Shown here: positions 1-8,602 of the stretch, piece after piece | Numbering within the stretch: position 1 is the first letter of the stretch | Layout of the letters: every line of letters starts with the position of its first letter | Source: Micrococcus luteus NCTC 2665 | GTDB taxonomy: Bacteria; Actinomycetota; Actinomycetes; Actinomycetales; Micrococcaceae | Reading direction: 5' to 3' | Assembly (NCBI RefSeq): GCF_000023205.1 | Contig: NC_012803.1 | Coordinates: 2,370,001-2,402,000 of the forward strand | DNA: 32,000 bases | Translations under genes and position numbers: made by a program | The notes under the pieces: generated by a model | Told to the model about the DNA's origin: nothing | Database searches by the model: none | What the model saw: the letters and a program-made list of their open reading frames with translations, nothing else

Positions 1-1
1 G

Positions 2-655
2 ACCCGCCAGCTCGCCCCGCGCGCCGGGAGCATCGAGGTGCTCGGCCGGGACGCCGCCCGCGTGTCCGCGCGCGACTACGCCCGCACCGTGGCGCTGCTG
101 CCCCAGCATCCCGTGGCGCCCGAGGGCATGACGGTGGCGCAGCTCGTGGCGCGCGGCCGTCACCCACACCGCGGGCTCCTGGGCGGCCGGGCCGCCGGCG
201 ACGACGCCGCGATCGCCTCGGCGCTCGAGCGCACCGGCCTCGTGGAGCTCGCCGAGCGTGAGGCCGGCACGCTCTCCGGCGGGCAGCGGCAGCGGGCGTG
301 GCTCGCCCTCGTGCTCGCCCAGCAGACCCCGGTGGTGCTCCTCGACGAGCCCACGAGCTACCTCGACCTCAGCCATCAGGTGGAGGTGCTCGACCTGGTG
401 CGGGCGCTCCCGGACCCGCGTGGCGGGGGCCGGGCGACCGTCGTCGCGGTGCTGCACGAGCTGAACCTGGCGGCGCGCAGCGCGGACCACATCGTGGCGA
501 TGGCCGCGGGCCGGGTGGTGGCGCAGGGCACGCCGGGCGAGGTGATCGTGCCGGAGGTGCTGGCCGAGGTGTTCGGCCTGGACGCGGACGTGGTGGCCGA
601 CCCGCTGCTGGGTCACCCCGTGGTGCTGCCGCGCGGGAACGGGGACCGCCGATGA
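2..655 (+). CDS. Iron-siderophore ABC transporter ATP-binding protein (FepC/FecE type), 5' end cut by the window edge
   Basis: The frame is open from the window edge. ABC signature LSGGQRQR and Walker B VVLLDEPTSYLD are present. The TGA stop overlaps the next ATG (ATGA at 652-655). Confidence 0.9.
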   Translation, partial: TRQLAPRAGSIEVLGRDAARVSARDYARTVALLPQHPVAPEGMTVAQLVARGRHPHRGLLGGRAAGDDAAIASALERTGLVELAEREAGTLSGGQRQRAWLALVLAQQTPVVLLDEPTSYLDLSHQVEVLDLVRALPDPRGGGRATVVAVLHELNLAARSADHIVAMAAGRVVAQGTPGEVIVPEVLAEVFGLDADVVADPLLGHPVVLPRGNGDRR

Positions 656-1707
656 GCGCCGACGGCATGATCGTGGCGCACACGCGCGTGGTGTCCGTGG
701 AGCAGCCGTGCCGCGGGTTCCGGCGGATCGTGCTGGCGGGGCCTGACCTGGAGGCCGCCAGCGGGGACCTGCTGGGACTGCTGCCGCCCGGCGTCGCCGA
801 CCTGCACGCCCTGTACCGGGGCGCGCGGCCGCGCCGGGACGCCTATGTGAAGCTGCTGATCCCCCCGCCGGGCGGGACGTCGGCGGACCCGGACCTGTCC
901 GCCGGGTTCCGCGCCGGGTTCCTGGCCATCCCCGAGGAGGAGCGCGGCTGGATGCGCACGTACACGGTGCGCTCGGCCGGGCTCGTGCGGCTCGACGGGC
1001 GGCAGGTGCCCTCGCTGACCGTGGACGTGGTGCTGCACGGCGACCCGGACGACCCCGCCGACCCGCATCAGGGGCCGGGCCTGCGCTGGGCGCGCGCCGT
1101 CCAGGCGGGGGACGCGGTCAACGTCCTGGTGCCCTCGGCGGAGGCGCCGACGTGGTCCGGCTGGCGGCAGACGGGGGCGCACCGTGTGCTGGCCGTGGGC
1201 GACGAGACCGCCGTCCCCGCCCTGGTGTCCGTGGCGGAGGAGCTCGCGGACCCGTTCGGCGGGTTCGACGGCGAGGCGGACCTCGTGCTCGAGCTGCCCC
1301 ACGACGGTCAGGCCGCCGACCTCATCGCCGAGCGCCTGGCCGTCCCCGAGCCGTGGGACTGGCGGGCCGTGACGGAGCTGGCGGACCGGGGCCGCGTGCG
1401 CCTGCACGTGGGCCGCCGGGCGCCGGGGGCGCCGTCGGGGTCCTGGGCGCACGCCCGCCTCGCCGCCCTGCTGGGCGTGGACCCCGACGACGCCGGCGGG
1501 CCGGTCGCGCCGCCCGCGGCCTCCGTCGAGCGCGAGTGGACCGTCGCCGCCCTCGAGGCCGACGAACGGCCCGAGGCCTACGTGTTCCTCGCAGGGGAGT
1601 CCGCGATGGTGCGCGCCCTGCGCCGGCTCAGCGTGGGCCCCGGCGGCGTGCCGAAGAAGCACGTCTCCTTCATGGGCTACTGGCGGGAGGGCCAGGCGGA
1701 GAGCTGA
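652..1707 (+). CDS. Siderophore-interacting protein (FAD-binding ferric-siderophore reductase, ViuB/SIP family)
   Basis: ATG at 652 overlaps the upstream stop. RTYTVR motif and the C-terminal GYWREG typical of SIP proteins. Very high GC3. Sits next to the siderophore ABC ATPase. Confidence 0.85.
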   Translation: MSADGMIVAHTRVVSVEQPCRGFRRIVLAGPDLEAASGDLLGLLPPGVADLHALYRGARPRRDAYVKLLIPPPGGTSADPDLSAGFRAGFLAIPEEERGWMRTYTVRSAGLVRLDGRQVPSLTVDVVLHGDPDDPADPHQGPGLRWARAVQAGDAVNVLVPSAEAPTWSGWRQTGAHRVLAVGDETAVPALVSVAEELADPFGGFDGEADLVLELPHDGQAADLIAERLAVPEPWDWRAVTELADRGRVRLHVGRRAPGAPSGSWAHARLAALLGVDPDDAGGPVAPPAASVEREWTVAALEADERPEAYVFLAGESAMVRALRRLSVGPGGVPKKHVSFMGYWREGQAES

Positions 1708-1808
1708 GGAGTGGGGTGGCGGTCGCGCGCCGCTCCGCCCTCGCACCGGCGGCGGGCTCTCCCTACTGTGGAAGTCCAGCACCCGATCGAACCGAAGGAG
1801 AGATCCCC

Positions 1809-2474
1809 ATGACCCGCACCGTGATCATCGGCGGCCACGGCAAGGTGGCCCTGCTCGCCGCACCTCTGCTGGCGGAGGCCAGCCACGACGTCGTCTCGAT
1901 CATCCGCAACCCCGACCACGCCGAGGACGTCCGCGCCGCCGGCGCCGAACCGCTCGTCCTGGACATCGAGAAGGCGGACCAGGAGGAGCTGCTCCACGCG
2001 CTGCGCGACGCGGACAACGTCGTGTTCTCCGCGGGCGCGGGCGGCGGGGACGCCCAGCGCACCCGGGCCGTGGACCACGACGCCGCCGTCGCCAGCATGC
2101 GCGCCGCCGAGGCCGCGGGCGTGCGGCGCTACGTGATGGTGTCCTACCTCGGCGCGTCCCTGCACCACGACGTGCCCGAGGACGACCCCTTCTACACCTA
2201 CGCGCAGGCCAAGGCCGAGGCGGACGAGGCGCTGCGGGACTCCGGGCTGGCCTGGACCATCCTCGGTCCCGGCGCCCTGACCGACGAGGAGCCGTCCGGC
2301 CGCATCACCGTGGACCCGGACCTCTCCGACTCCGACGCCTCGCAGCGTGGGGCCAGCCGCGGCAACGTCGCCCGGGCGATCGTGGCCGTGCTCAATGAGC
2401 CGGGCACGGTGGGCCGGAAGATCGACTTCGTGGACGGCGACGTGCCCGTGGCCGAGGCCGTCCGCGGTGACTGA
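1809..2474 (+). CDS. NAD(P)H-binding SDR/NmrA-like oxidoreductase
   Basis: N-terminal Rossmann motif IIGGHGKVA. GAAGGAGAG ribosome-binding site 5-6 nt upstream of ATG 1809. High GC3. Confidence 0.85.
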   Translation: MTRTVIIGGHGKVALLAAPLLAEASHDVVSIIRNPDHAEDVRAAGAEPLVLDIEKADQEELLHALRDADNVVFSAGAGGGDAQRTRAVDHDAAVASMRAAEAAGVRRYVMVSYLGASLHHDVPEDDPFYTYAQAKAEADEALRDSGLAWTILGPGALTDEEPSGRITVDPDLSDSDASQRGASRGNVARAIVAVLNEPGTVGRKIDFVDGDVPVAEAVRGD

Positions 2475-2537
2475 CGCGCCGCCGCCGTCGTCAGCCCTCC
2501 CACCCGCGCTTTCGAACGTGGAAGGGGGCGAATGGGG

Positions 2538-2578
2538 GCTTTCGAACGTGAGATAGGCCCTCTCTCACGTTCGAAAGC
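2538..2578. terminator. Perfect 16-bp stem / 9-nt loop hairpin between convergent genes (candidate bidirectional terminator)
   Basis: GCTTTCGAACGTGAGA (2538-2553) pairs exactly with TCTCACGTTCGAAAGC (2563-2578). It lies between the stops at 2474 (+) and 2614 (-). No U-tract. Confidence 0.55.
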
Positions 2579-2613
2579 GCCGGGCGCCGGCCGCCAGCGC
2601 CGGGGACCGCCCC

Positions 2614-3393
2614 TCAGGCCAGGCCGAGGCGGCGGTCCACGGTGCCGAGCACACCCATGAGCCCGGTGAAGCCGGCCAGGATCCCGGCGAGCACGACGCC
2701 CACGCTGCGTCGGCCGAGCCGCGGCACGTCGAGGAACGGGTACGGGTACCAGTCGATGCGGGGCCCGCGCGCCATGGTCGCCGCCGCCCACATCAGCGGG
2801 ATGACCGAGGCCAGCCCGGCGCGCCGCGGCGTGATCTGCCCGCGGGGGTCGAACAGCGCCCACACCGCCGGGGCGAGCACGGGGTTGACGATGTGCTGCA
2901 GCGCGTCGTTGAACCGGTAGAGGAAGGTGTCCTGTTCGCGGCCGCGCAGCACCGCGTTGTAGACGATCCCCGTGACCATCACCGAGCCGAGGCCGGCGGT
3001 GCGCACGGCCCAGAACAGGTCCGACGTGGGCGCCTCACGACGCGCGGCCAGCGTCAGCGACGTGCCCGCGACCAGCGCGTTGGACAGCCACGTGAAGTAC
3101 GCCGGCTGGTTGAGGGCGTGGGACCAGCCCGCGGGGAAACCGCCCTGATAGCCGACGCCCGGGATCACCATGGAGTCCTTGGACATGCCGATGGGGAACG
3201 AGGTCAGGCACCCGATCAGCGGCAGTGCCCCCGAGACCTGCCACGCCAGGCGGCTCCGACGGTCCACCGGCGGCACGGGACGCGGCTGCAGCCGGGACAC
3301 GACGACGTGCGCGATCCGCTCACGGACCCCCTGTGGGGCGGGGCGGGTGCGGCGGAGGGAGGGCAGGCTGACGCGGAGGGTGGACAGGGGCAT
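2614..3393 (-). CDS. Integral membrane protein, possibly FAR-17a/AIG1-like (Pr6Pr-type) family
   Basis: 259-aa ORF with several hydrophobic segments and a WYPYPFLD motif. High GC3. The family assignment is from memory only. Confidence 0.7.
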   Translation of the reverse strand: MPLSTLRVSLPSLRRTRPAPQGVRERIAHVVVSRLQPRPVPPVDRRSRLAWQVSGALPLIGCLTSFPIGMSKDSMVIPGVGYQGGFPAGWSHALNQPAYFTWLSNALVAGTSLTLAARREAPTSDLFWAVRTAGLGSVMVTGIVYNAVLRGREQDTFLYRFNDALQHIVNPVLAPAVWALFDPRGQITPRRAGLASVIPLMWAAATMARGPRIDWYPYPFLDVPRLGRRSVGVVLAGILAGFTGLMGVLGTVDRRLGLA

Positions 3394-3516
3394 GGGGGTC
3401 GTCCTCGAACAGCGGGGTCAAGGGATGAGACCGCCCATTCTCACATGAACAGCAGTTGAACGAAAGGGAGCGAGACGGAGAACATCGCCGCGCCCCCTCC
3501 TGCCCGCCCCGCCGCC

Positions 3517-4887
3517 TCAGTGGGCGCCGGCCTCCTCCAGCGGCAGGATGCGCTCCGGATCCTCGACCTCCACGCGCACGCCGTCGGCCTGCAGCCGGCG
3601 CACGCCCTCGGCGATCAGCCGTCGGCCGACGTCGTCGATCCAGTCCACCCGCTCGAGGTTGAGCACCACGGTGCGGATGGGCCCGTCGTTCTCGTCTTGG
3701 GCGGCCACGGCGGCGGCCTCGTGCACCGCCCCGCCGCCGGTCGCGGCCGAGAGCGCCGCGCTGTCCGCCGCGGCCTCCTGCCACCGCGGGTAGACGGCGG
3801 CGTCCCAGCCGGTGCCGGGCTTCTCCGCACCGGTGCGCAGGTCCGTGAGCGCGTCCAGCACCGCCTCGGCGCCGCCGAACCGGATCACGCCCTGCAGGTG
3901 CAGGAACACGCGGTCACCCTCGCGTTCCACGAAGCGCACGGCGGTGCCGCCCAGGCTGTCCCCGTCCATGAGGTGCAGCCGGAAGTCCTCGGAGAGGCGG
4001 CGGCACGCCAGCACGCCGCGCGCCGAGTTGCCCACCTCGTCCAGGCGCGGCGAGAACACGCCGATCCCCACGCGGCCCGGCAGCGCGCCGAGCACACCGC
4101 CGGCCACCCCGGACTTGGCCGGGATCCCGACGTCGGCGAGCCACTGCCCGGCGGCGTCGTACATGCCGGAGGAGGTCATCACGGACACCACGCGCCGCAC
4201 CACGATGGACGGCAGCACTCGCTCGCCCGTCATCGGGTGGATGCCGTCGGTCGCCAGACACGCGCCCATCACGGCGAGGTCCTTGACGGTGACGAGCACG
4301 GCGCACTGCGCCACATACCCGGCCACGATCTCCCCGGCGGAGTCCTGCAGCACCCCGTAGCTGCGGAGCATGTGCGCCAGGGCGAGGTTGCGGTCCGAGA
4401 CCGCCATCTCGGACTCGTACGTCTCCCGGTCCACCGAGAGCCGACGCCCGGCGAGCAGGGACATGATCTCCACGGCCCGGTCCAGCCGCTCCTCCCGGCT
4501 CGCCTGCGGTCCCACGAGCAGCTGGTGCACCGCGAGCGCGCCGGCGTTGATCATGGCGTTGTCCGGGCGGTGCGACTCCGCCTCGAGGGAGAGCTCGTTG
4601 AAGGCCTCGCCCGAGGGGTTCAACCCCACCTGCCGGTCCACGGCGGCGAAGCCCCGGTCCACGAGCGCGGCCGCGTACGTGAACGGCTTGGACGCGGACT
4701 GGATGGTGAACTCCACGTCCGCGTCCCCCGCGAAGTGCAGCCGCCCGGTGGGGGTGGCCAGCGCGATGCCGAAGCGGTCCGGGTCCGCCTCCGCGAGCAC
4801 GGGGATGTACTGGGCCGTCTCGCCCGGGTTCACGGCGCCGAGCTCGGTGATCAGGCTCGCCAGGTAGTCGGGGATCGGGTGTCTCAT
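3517..4887 (-). CDS. glsA: Glutaminase A with C-terminal STAS-like domain
   Basis: Glutaminase catalytic motif QSASKPF and conserved N-terminal YIPVLA. The C-terminal ~140 aa resemble a STAS / anti-sigma-antagonist fold (VVLNLERVDWIDDVG). Confidence 0.9.
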   Translation of the reverse strand: MRHPIPDYLASLITELGAVNPGETAQYIPVLAEADPDRFGIALATPTGRLHFAGDADVEFTIQSASKPFTYAAALVDRGFAAVDRQVGLNPSGEAFNELSLEAESHRPDNAMINAGALAVHQLLVGPQASREERLDRAVEIMSLLAGRRLSVDRETYESEMAVSDRNLALAHMLRSYGVLQDSAGEIVAGYVAQCAVLVTVKDLAVMGACLATDGIHPMTGERVLPSIVVRRVVSVMTSSGMYDAAGQWLADVGIPAKSGVAGGVLGALPGRVGIGVFSPRLDEVGNSARGVLACRRLSEDFRLHLMDGDSLGGTAVRFVEREGDRVFLHLQGVIRFGGAEAVLDALTDLRTGAEKPGTGWDAAVYPRWQEAAADSAALSAATGGGAVHEAAAVAAQDENDGPIRTVVLNLERVDWIDDVGRRLIAEGVRRLQADGVRVEVEDPERILPLEEAGAH

Positions 4888-4888
4888 C

Positions 4889-5551
4889 TCAGGCCTCCCA
4901 GCGCAGGCAGGTCAGGGGCTCGCCCCCGGGCACGGGCACGTGGCCGGTGGCACGGAAGCCGAGCCGCTCATAGAACGGAACGGTGGCGGGCACGGACGCC
5001 TCGAGGTGCACGGGCAGGCCCGACGCGCGGCGCTGGCCGTGGCGCACCAGCGCACTCGCCGCCCCGCGTCCGCGGGCGGACGGGACGGCGCCGACCTCCT
5101 CAAGGTACCAGTGCCGGCCCGCCGGGCGGGCCCGCTCGCAGGCGGCCTGGATGCGCTTCAGGGCGAGGGTGTGGCGGCCGTGGACGGCGACCGCGGTGGG
5201 CAGCCCCGCCACCAGGCCCGGCACGTCGACCCCGCGGGGGGCGGCGGGGGAGGTCCACACGGCGGCGCCGAGCAGCGTGCCGTCGTCGGCGTCCACGGCG
5301 ACGTCCACGGCGCCGAGCGGGGCGCCGTCGGCCCCCGCGCGCAGCCCGTGGCGCACGGCGATGGTGAACTTGCGCTCGAGGCGGGCCTCGCGCCGGTCCT
5401 CGGGCACGAGCCCGAGCGTGTACGGGTCCGTGGCGAAGGCCTCGGCGAGGACGGCGCCCACGCGGCGGGCGGTGTCCTCGCGGGCTCCATCCGGGCGCAG
5501 GGTGAGCACGTGGACGCGGGGGCGCGGGGGCGCGGGGTCCGGGGAGGTCAT
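4889..5551 (-). CDS. GNAT family N-acetyltransferase
   Basis: Acetyl-CoA binding motif ARGRGAASALV and C-terminal FYERLGF. I chose the internal ATG at 5551 (MTSPDP...). The stop at 4889 is 1 nt from the glsA start at 4887. Confidence 0.8.
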   Translation of the reverse strand: MTSPDPAPPRPRVHVLTLRPDGAREDTARRVGAVLAEAFATDPYTLGLVPEDRREARLERKFTIAVRHGLRAGADGAPLGAVDVAVDADDGTLLGAAVWTSPAAPRGVDVPGLVAGLPTAVAVHGRHTLALKRIQAACERARPAGRHWYLEEVGAVPSARGRGAASALVRHGQRRASGLPVHLEASVPATVPFYERLGFRATGHVPVPGGEPLTCLRWEA

Positions 5552-5728
5552 GGCCCCCAGTCTAGGGACGGGGCCGGGCGCGTCATCGGACCGGCCGACG
5601 TGCGTTCCGCCCCGTGTGATCGGCGACACTGGTGGGCATGGACTCCTCCGCACCGCTCGCCCCGGCCCCCGCCGCGGACGCCCCGCCCGCCGCGTATACC
5701 CGGATGTATGACGGCACTCGCCGACTCC

Positions 5729-5757
5729 TTGCACCTGGGCCGTCGGGGGAGTAGCAT
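5729..5757 (+). promoter_or_regulatory. Candidate sigma-A type promoter TTGCAC-N17-TAGCAT facing the NYN gene
   Basis: TTGCAC at 5729-5734, a 17-nt spacer, then TAGCAT at 5752-5757. It lies in the intergenic region at the edge of the low-GC segment. Confidence 0.35.
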
Positions 5758-5939
5758 GACCCTACGCGCTCTCGCCGTTGACCTCCCTCCTGATACTGGG
5801 ATCGCCGACGACGAGAGCCTTTTCTTTACGAAAGGTCGCCGTGCCCAAGCCCCATCCGCCCGTCCCTTCCCGCCCCACGGCACCCGGTCGAGGAGAGGAC
5901 CTCCTGGTCGCCCCCAGTCCTCGAGCACCAGCCTTTCCT

Positions 5940-6683
5940 GTGCGAACGGAGGTGGTCACGGCCATCCTCGTGGACGGCGGTTTTTACCGGAAGCGAGCGG
6001 CGCGGCTCTTCGGCCATAAAGATCCTGAGGCACGCGCGGATGAACTGCTCGAATACTGCCGTCGGCATACGCGTAAGACCCGCTCACGGTTGTATCGGAT
6101 CTTCTACTACGACTGCCCACCCTCGGAGAAGGTCGTATACCACCCACTAACCCAGAAGTCGGTCAATCTGGCAAAGACCGATGACTATCGTTGGATGACG
6201 GATTTCCATGCTGCCCTTCTAAAGAAACGCAAAGTCGCGCTCCGGCGGGGGGAAACCCTCGAGACACAGTCTGGATACCAGATCAAGGCCCAGCCGCTGA
6301 AGAAATTGCTCCGGGGCGAGATCTCCGTCGCCGATCTCGAGGCGGACGACTTTCTCCTCGACATAACCCAGAAAGGCGTGGACATGCGGGTGGGCCTCGA
6401 CATCGCGGCTTTGGCCGCCACGGAGCCCGTGAACCAGATCATTATGATCTCCGGAGACAGCGACTTCGTCCCAGCTGGTAAACACGCCCGGCGATCCGGC
6501 ATTGATTTCGTCTTAGACCCAATGTGGGCCCAGATCACCGACAGCCTCCACGAGCATATCGACGGCCTGTGGCAGTGTGTACGGCCCAACCCCGACAATC
6601 TCAGGGACCCCTTGCACGCGGATAACCTCAGCAGCGCCTCCGTCGCGGCCAAGGACGACGAGGATGCCGACGTCGATCTTTGA
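5940..6683 (+). CDS. NYN domain (LabA-like / PIN-like) putative ribonuclease
   Basis: Motifs ILVDGGFY, QKGVDMRVGLDI and ISGDSDFVPA are typical of NYN/LabA proteins. The start is uncertain: GTG 5940 or 5952 fit a family in which the domain begins at the N-terminus, GTG 5841 has a GAAAGG ribosome-binding site, and the ORF track starts at 5778. Codon usage is atypical for this genome. Confidence 0.8.
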   Translation: MRTEVVTAILVDGGFYRKRAARLFGHKDPEARADELLEYCRRHTRKTRSRLYRIFYYDCPPSEKVVYHPLTQKSVNLAKTDDYRWMTDFHAALLKKRKVALRRGETLETQSGYQIKAQPLKKLLRGEISVADLEADDFLLDITQKGVDMRVGLDIAALAATEPVNQIIMISGDSDFVPAGKHARRSGIDFVLDPMWAQITDSLHEHIDGLWQCVRPNPDNLRDPLHADNLSSASVAAKDDEDADVDL

Positions 6684-8085
6684 CTTAGACGTCGTCGCCC
6701 GCCTGCAGGCGGAGCTGCCCGGCCGCGTGGACGTCTCCCTCGCCGCACTCGAGGCCGCCCGGGCGGACCGCTCGGGGCGTCGTTCCCCGGCCGCGCCGCT
6801 GGCCGTGGTCCGCGCGCGGACGGTGGAGGACGTGCAGGCCGCGTGCCGGATCGCGCACGGGACCCGCACCCCGCTGGTCACCCGCGGAGCGGGCACGGGG
6901 CTGGCCGGCGGCGCTGTCGCGGGGGCGGGCGAGATCGTCCTGGACATGACCGCGATGGACCGGATCCTGGAGGTCTCCCCCGCGGACCGCGTGGCCGTCG
7001 TCGAGCCGGGGATCCTCAACGGGGCGCTGAACGCCGCGCTCGCCGAGCACGGGCTGTGGTGGGCCCCGGACCCCGCGTCGAAGGACATCTCCACGGTGGG
7101 CGGCAACATCGCGATGAACGCCGGCGGGCTGCTGTGCGCCAAGTACGGCGTCACGCGCGAGGCGGTGCTGGGCCTGGACGTGGTGCTCGCGGACGGCACC
7201 CTGCTGCGGCTGGGCCACCGCACCGTCAAGGGGGTGACCGGCTACGACCTGGTCGCGCTGATGATCGGCTCGGAGGGCTCGCTCGGCGTGATCGTGGGTG
7301 CGACGCTGGCGCTGCGGCCGGCCGTGTGCGGCGTGCCGGTGACGCTCGGCGGGTTCTTCCCGGACGTCGTCGCGGGCGCCGCCGCGGCCGAGGCGATCAC
7401 CGGGGCCGGTCACGTGCCCGCCCTGATGGAGCTGATGGACGAGGCGACGCTCGCCGCGGTGCGCGCGTACGCGGGGCCCGAACGCGGGGCCGCCCTGCCC
7501 GAGTCCGGCGCGTTCCTGCTGGTGCAGGCCGACGGCGCCGGCGCCGAGGCGGACGGTGAGGCCATGGCCGCCCTCATGCGCGCCCACGGCGGGGACGTCA
7601 CCGTGACCGTGGACCCCGCCGAGGGGGAGGCCCTCATGGCCCTGCGCCGCACCGCGTTCCCCGCACTCGAGCGCCTCGGCACCCCGCTCGTGGAGGACGT
7701 GGCCGTCCCGCGCAGCCGCATGGCCGAGATGTTCGCGCGGATCCGTGAGATCGAGGCACGCACCGGCGTCGCCATCCCCACCACGGCCCACGCCGGGGAC
7801 GGCAACCTGCACCCGATCCTGCTGTTCGGCGCGGCGGCGCAGGTGGGTGGCGCGGCCGAGGACGCCGCGTCGATCCCGGCGGACGTGTGGGAGGCCGCCG
7901 GCGAGCTGTTCCGCGCGGGTCTGGGACTCGGCGGCACGCTCACCGGGGAGCACGGCGTGGGCCTGCTCAAGCGCGCGTTCCTGCGGGACGGGCTCGGCGA
8001 CGCCCAGCACGACCTCCAGCAGCGCATCAAGGCCGTGTTCGACCCGCACGGCATCCTCAACCCAGGAAAGGTGTTCACCCCGTGA
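6664..8085 (+). CDS. FAD-binding oxidase (GlcD / D-lactate dehydrogenase-like, FAD_binding_4)
   Basis: TRGAGTGLAGGAV FAD-binding motif and C-terminal GEHGVGLLKR ... DPHGILNPGK. ATG at 6664 overlaps the NYN gene end by 20 nt. Confidence 0.9.
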   Translation: MPTSIFDLDVVARLQAELPGRVDVSLAALEAARADRSGRRSPAAPLAVVRARTVEDVQAACRIAHGTRTPLVTRGAGTGLAGGAVAGAGEIVLDMTAMDRILEVSPADRVAVVEPGILNGALNAALAEHGLWWAPDPASKDISTVGGNIAMNAGGLLCAKYGVTREAVLGLDVVLADGTLLRLGHRTVKGVTGYDLVALMIGSEGSLGVIVGATLALRPAVCGVPVTLGGFFPDVVAGAAAAEAITGAGHVPALMELMDEATLAAVRAYAGPERGAALPESGAFLLVQADGAGAEADGEAMAALMRAHGGDVTVTVDPAEGEALMALRRTAFPALERLGTPLVEDVAVPRSRMAEMFARIREIEARTGVAIPTTAHAGDGNLHPILLFGAAAQVGGAAEDAASIPADVWEAAGELFRAGLGLGGTLTGEHGVGLLKRAFLRDGLGDAQHDLQQRIKAVFDPHGILNPGKVFTP

Positions 8086-8537
8086 CGCAGCCGACCACCC
8101 CCGAGACCCCCGCCGACGCCGGCACGCCGACCCCGTTCGAGGTCGGGCTGCAGCTGCGCTGGTCCGACGAGGACCGCTACGGCCACGTCAACAACGCCCG
8201 ACTGCTCACCCTCACCGAGGAGGCGCGCGTGCGCGCCCTGGGCGCGTGGGCCACGACGACGGCGTCCGGGGACGTCCAGCGCGTCGTGCGGTCCATGGAG
8301 GTCCAGTACGAGGCGCCCGTGGTCTACGTCGGGCCCGAGGTGACGGCGCGGGTGTGGATCCTGCGGATCGGCCGGACGTCCTTCACGCTGCGCCACGAGC
8401 TGTGGCAGGACGGGCGGCGCTGCGTGCTGTGCGACGCCGTGTTCGTGCAGGTGGACCCGGCGGCCGGGCGGCCCGTGGCCGTCTCCGACGAGGAGCGCGC
8501 CGTCTTCGAGCGCGTGCTGATCCCCGCCGAGGACTGA
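8082..8537 (+). CDS. Acyl-CoA thioesterase (hotdog fold, 4HBT/YbgC-like)
   Basis: GTG 8082 overlaps the upstream TGA (GTGA). RWSDEDRYGHVNNARLL is the typical hotdog thioesterase N-terminal motif. Confidence 0.8.
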   Translation: MTQPTTPETPADAGTPTPFEVGLQLRWSDEDRYGHVNNARLLTLTEEARVRALGAWATTTASGDVQRVVRSMEVQYEAPVVYVGPEVTARVWILRIGRTSFTLRHELWQDGRRCVLCDAVFVQVDPAAGRPVAVSDEERAVFERVLIPAED

Positions 8538-8602
8538 CGGGCCGCCGTCGGGCCTGTGGACGGCCAGCCGTCTCGCAGGATCCCGCCGTAGGCTCTGAGG
8601 CC

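Noticed and set aside
2511-2576. TTCGAA-containing repeats as a tRNA T-arm or tRNA gene
   Set aside because: No GGTTCGAATCC-type T-loop, no acceptor, D or anticodon arms, and the wrong spacing. The units are simple direct and inverted repeats.
3520-5367. 615-aa + strand ORF, and similar long ORFs at 613-1782(-), 8324-10084(-), 9198-10973(-), 9536-11512(+), 14246-16249(-), 20327-22327(-), 23803-25608(+) and 26624-28174(-)
   Set aside because: All are Arg/Pro/Gly-rich alternative-frame or antisense readings of genes that have strong family motifs in another frame. Stop codons are simply rare at over 70% GC.
5778-5939. Pro-rich 54-aa N-terminal extension of the NYN ORF as given in the ORF track
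   Set aside because: It shows weak coding statistics, and proteins of this NYN family (from memory) begin within a few residues of the (A/V)I(L/F)(I/V)DGG strand. I kept GTG 5841, which has a GAAAGG ribosome-binding site, as an alternative start only.
5807-6662. 9-bp direct repeat GACGACGAG (5807-5815 and 6654-6662) flanking the low-GC NYN segment, as possible att or target duplication
   Set aside because: GACGACGAG is a common Asp-Asp-Glu-type string in GC-rich DNA. The 3' copy is inside the NYN coding sequence, and there are no terminal inverted repeats or recombinase. Chance cannot be excluded.
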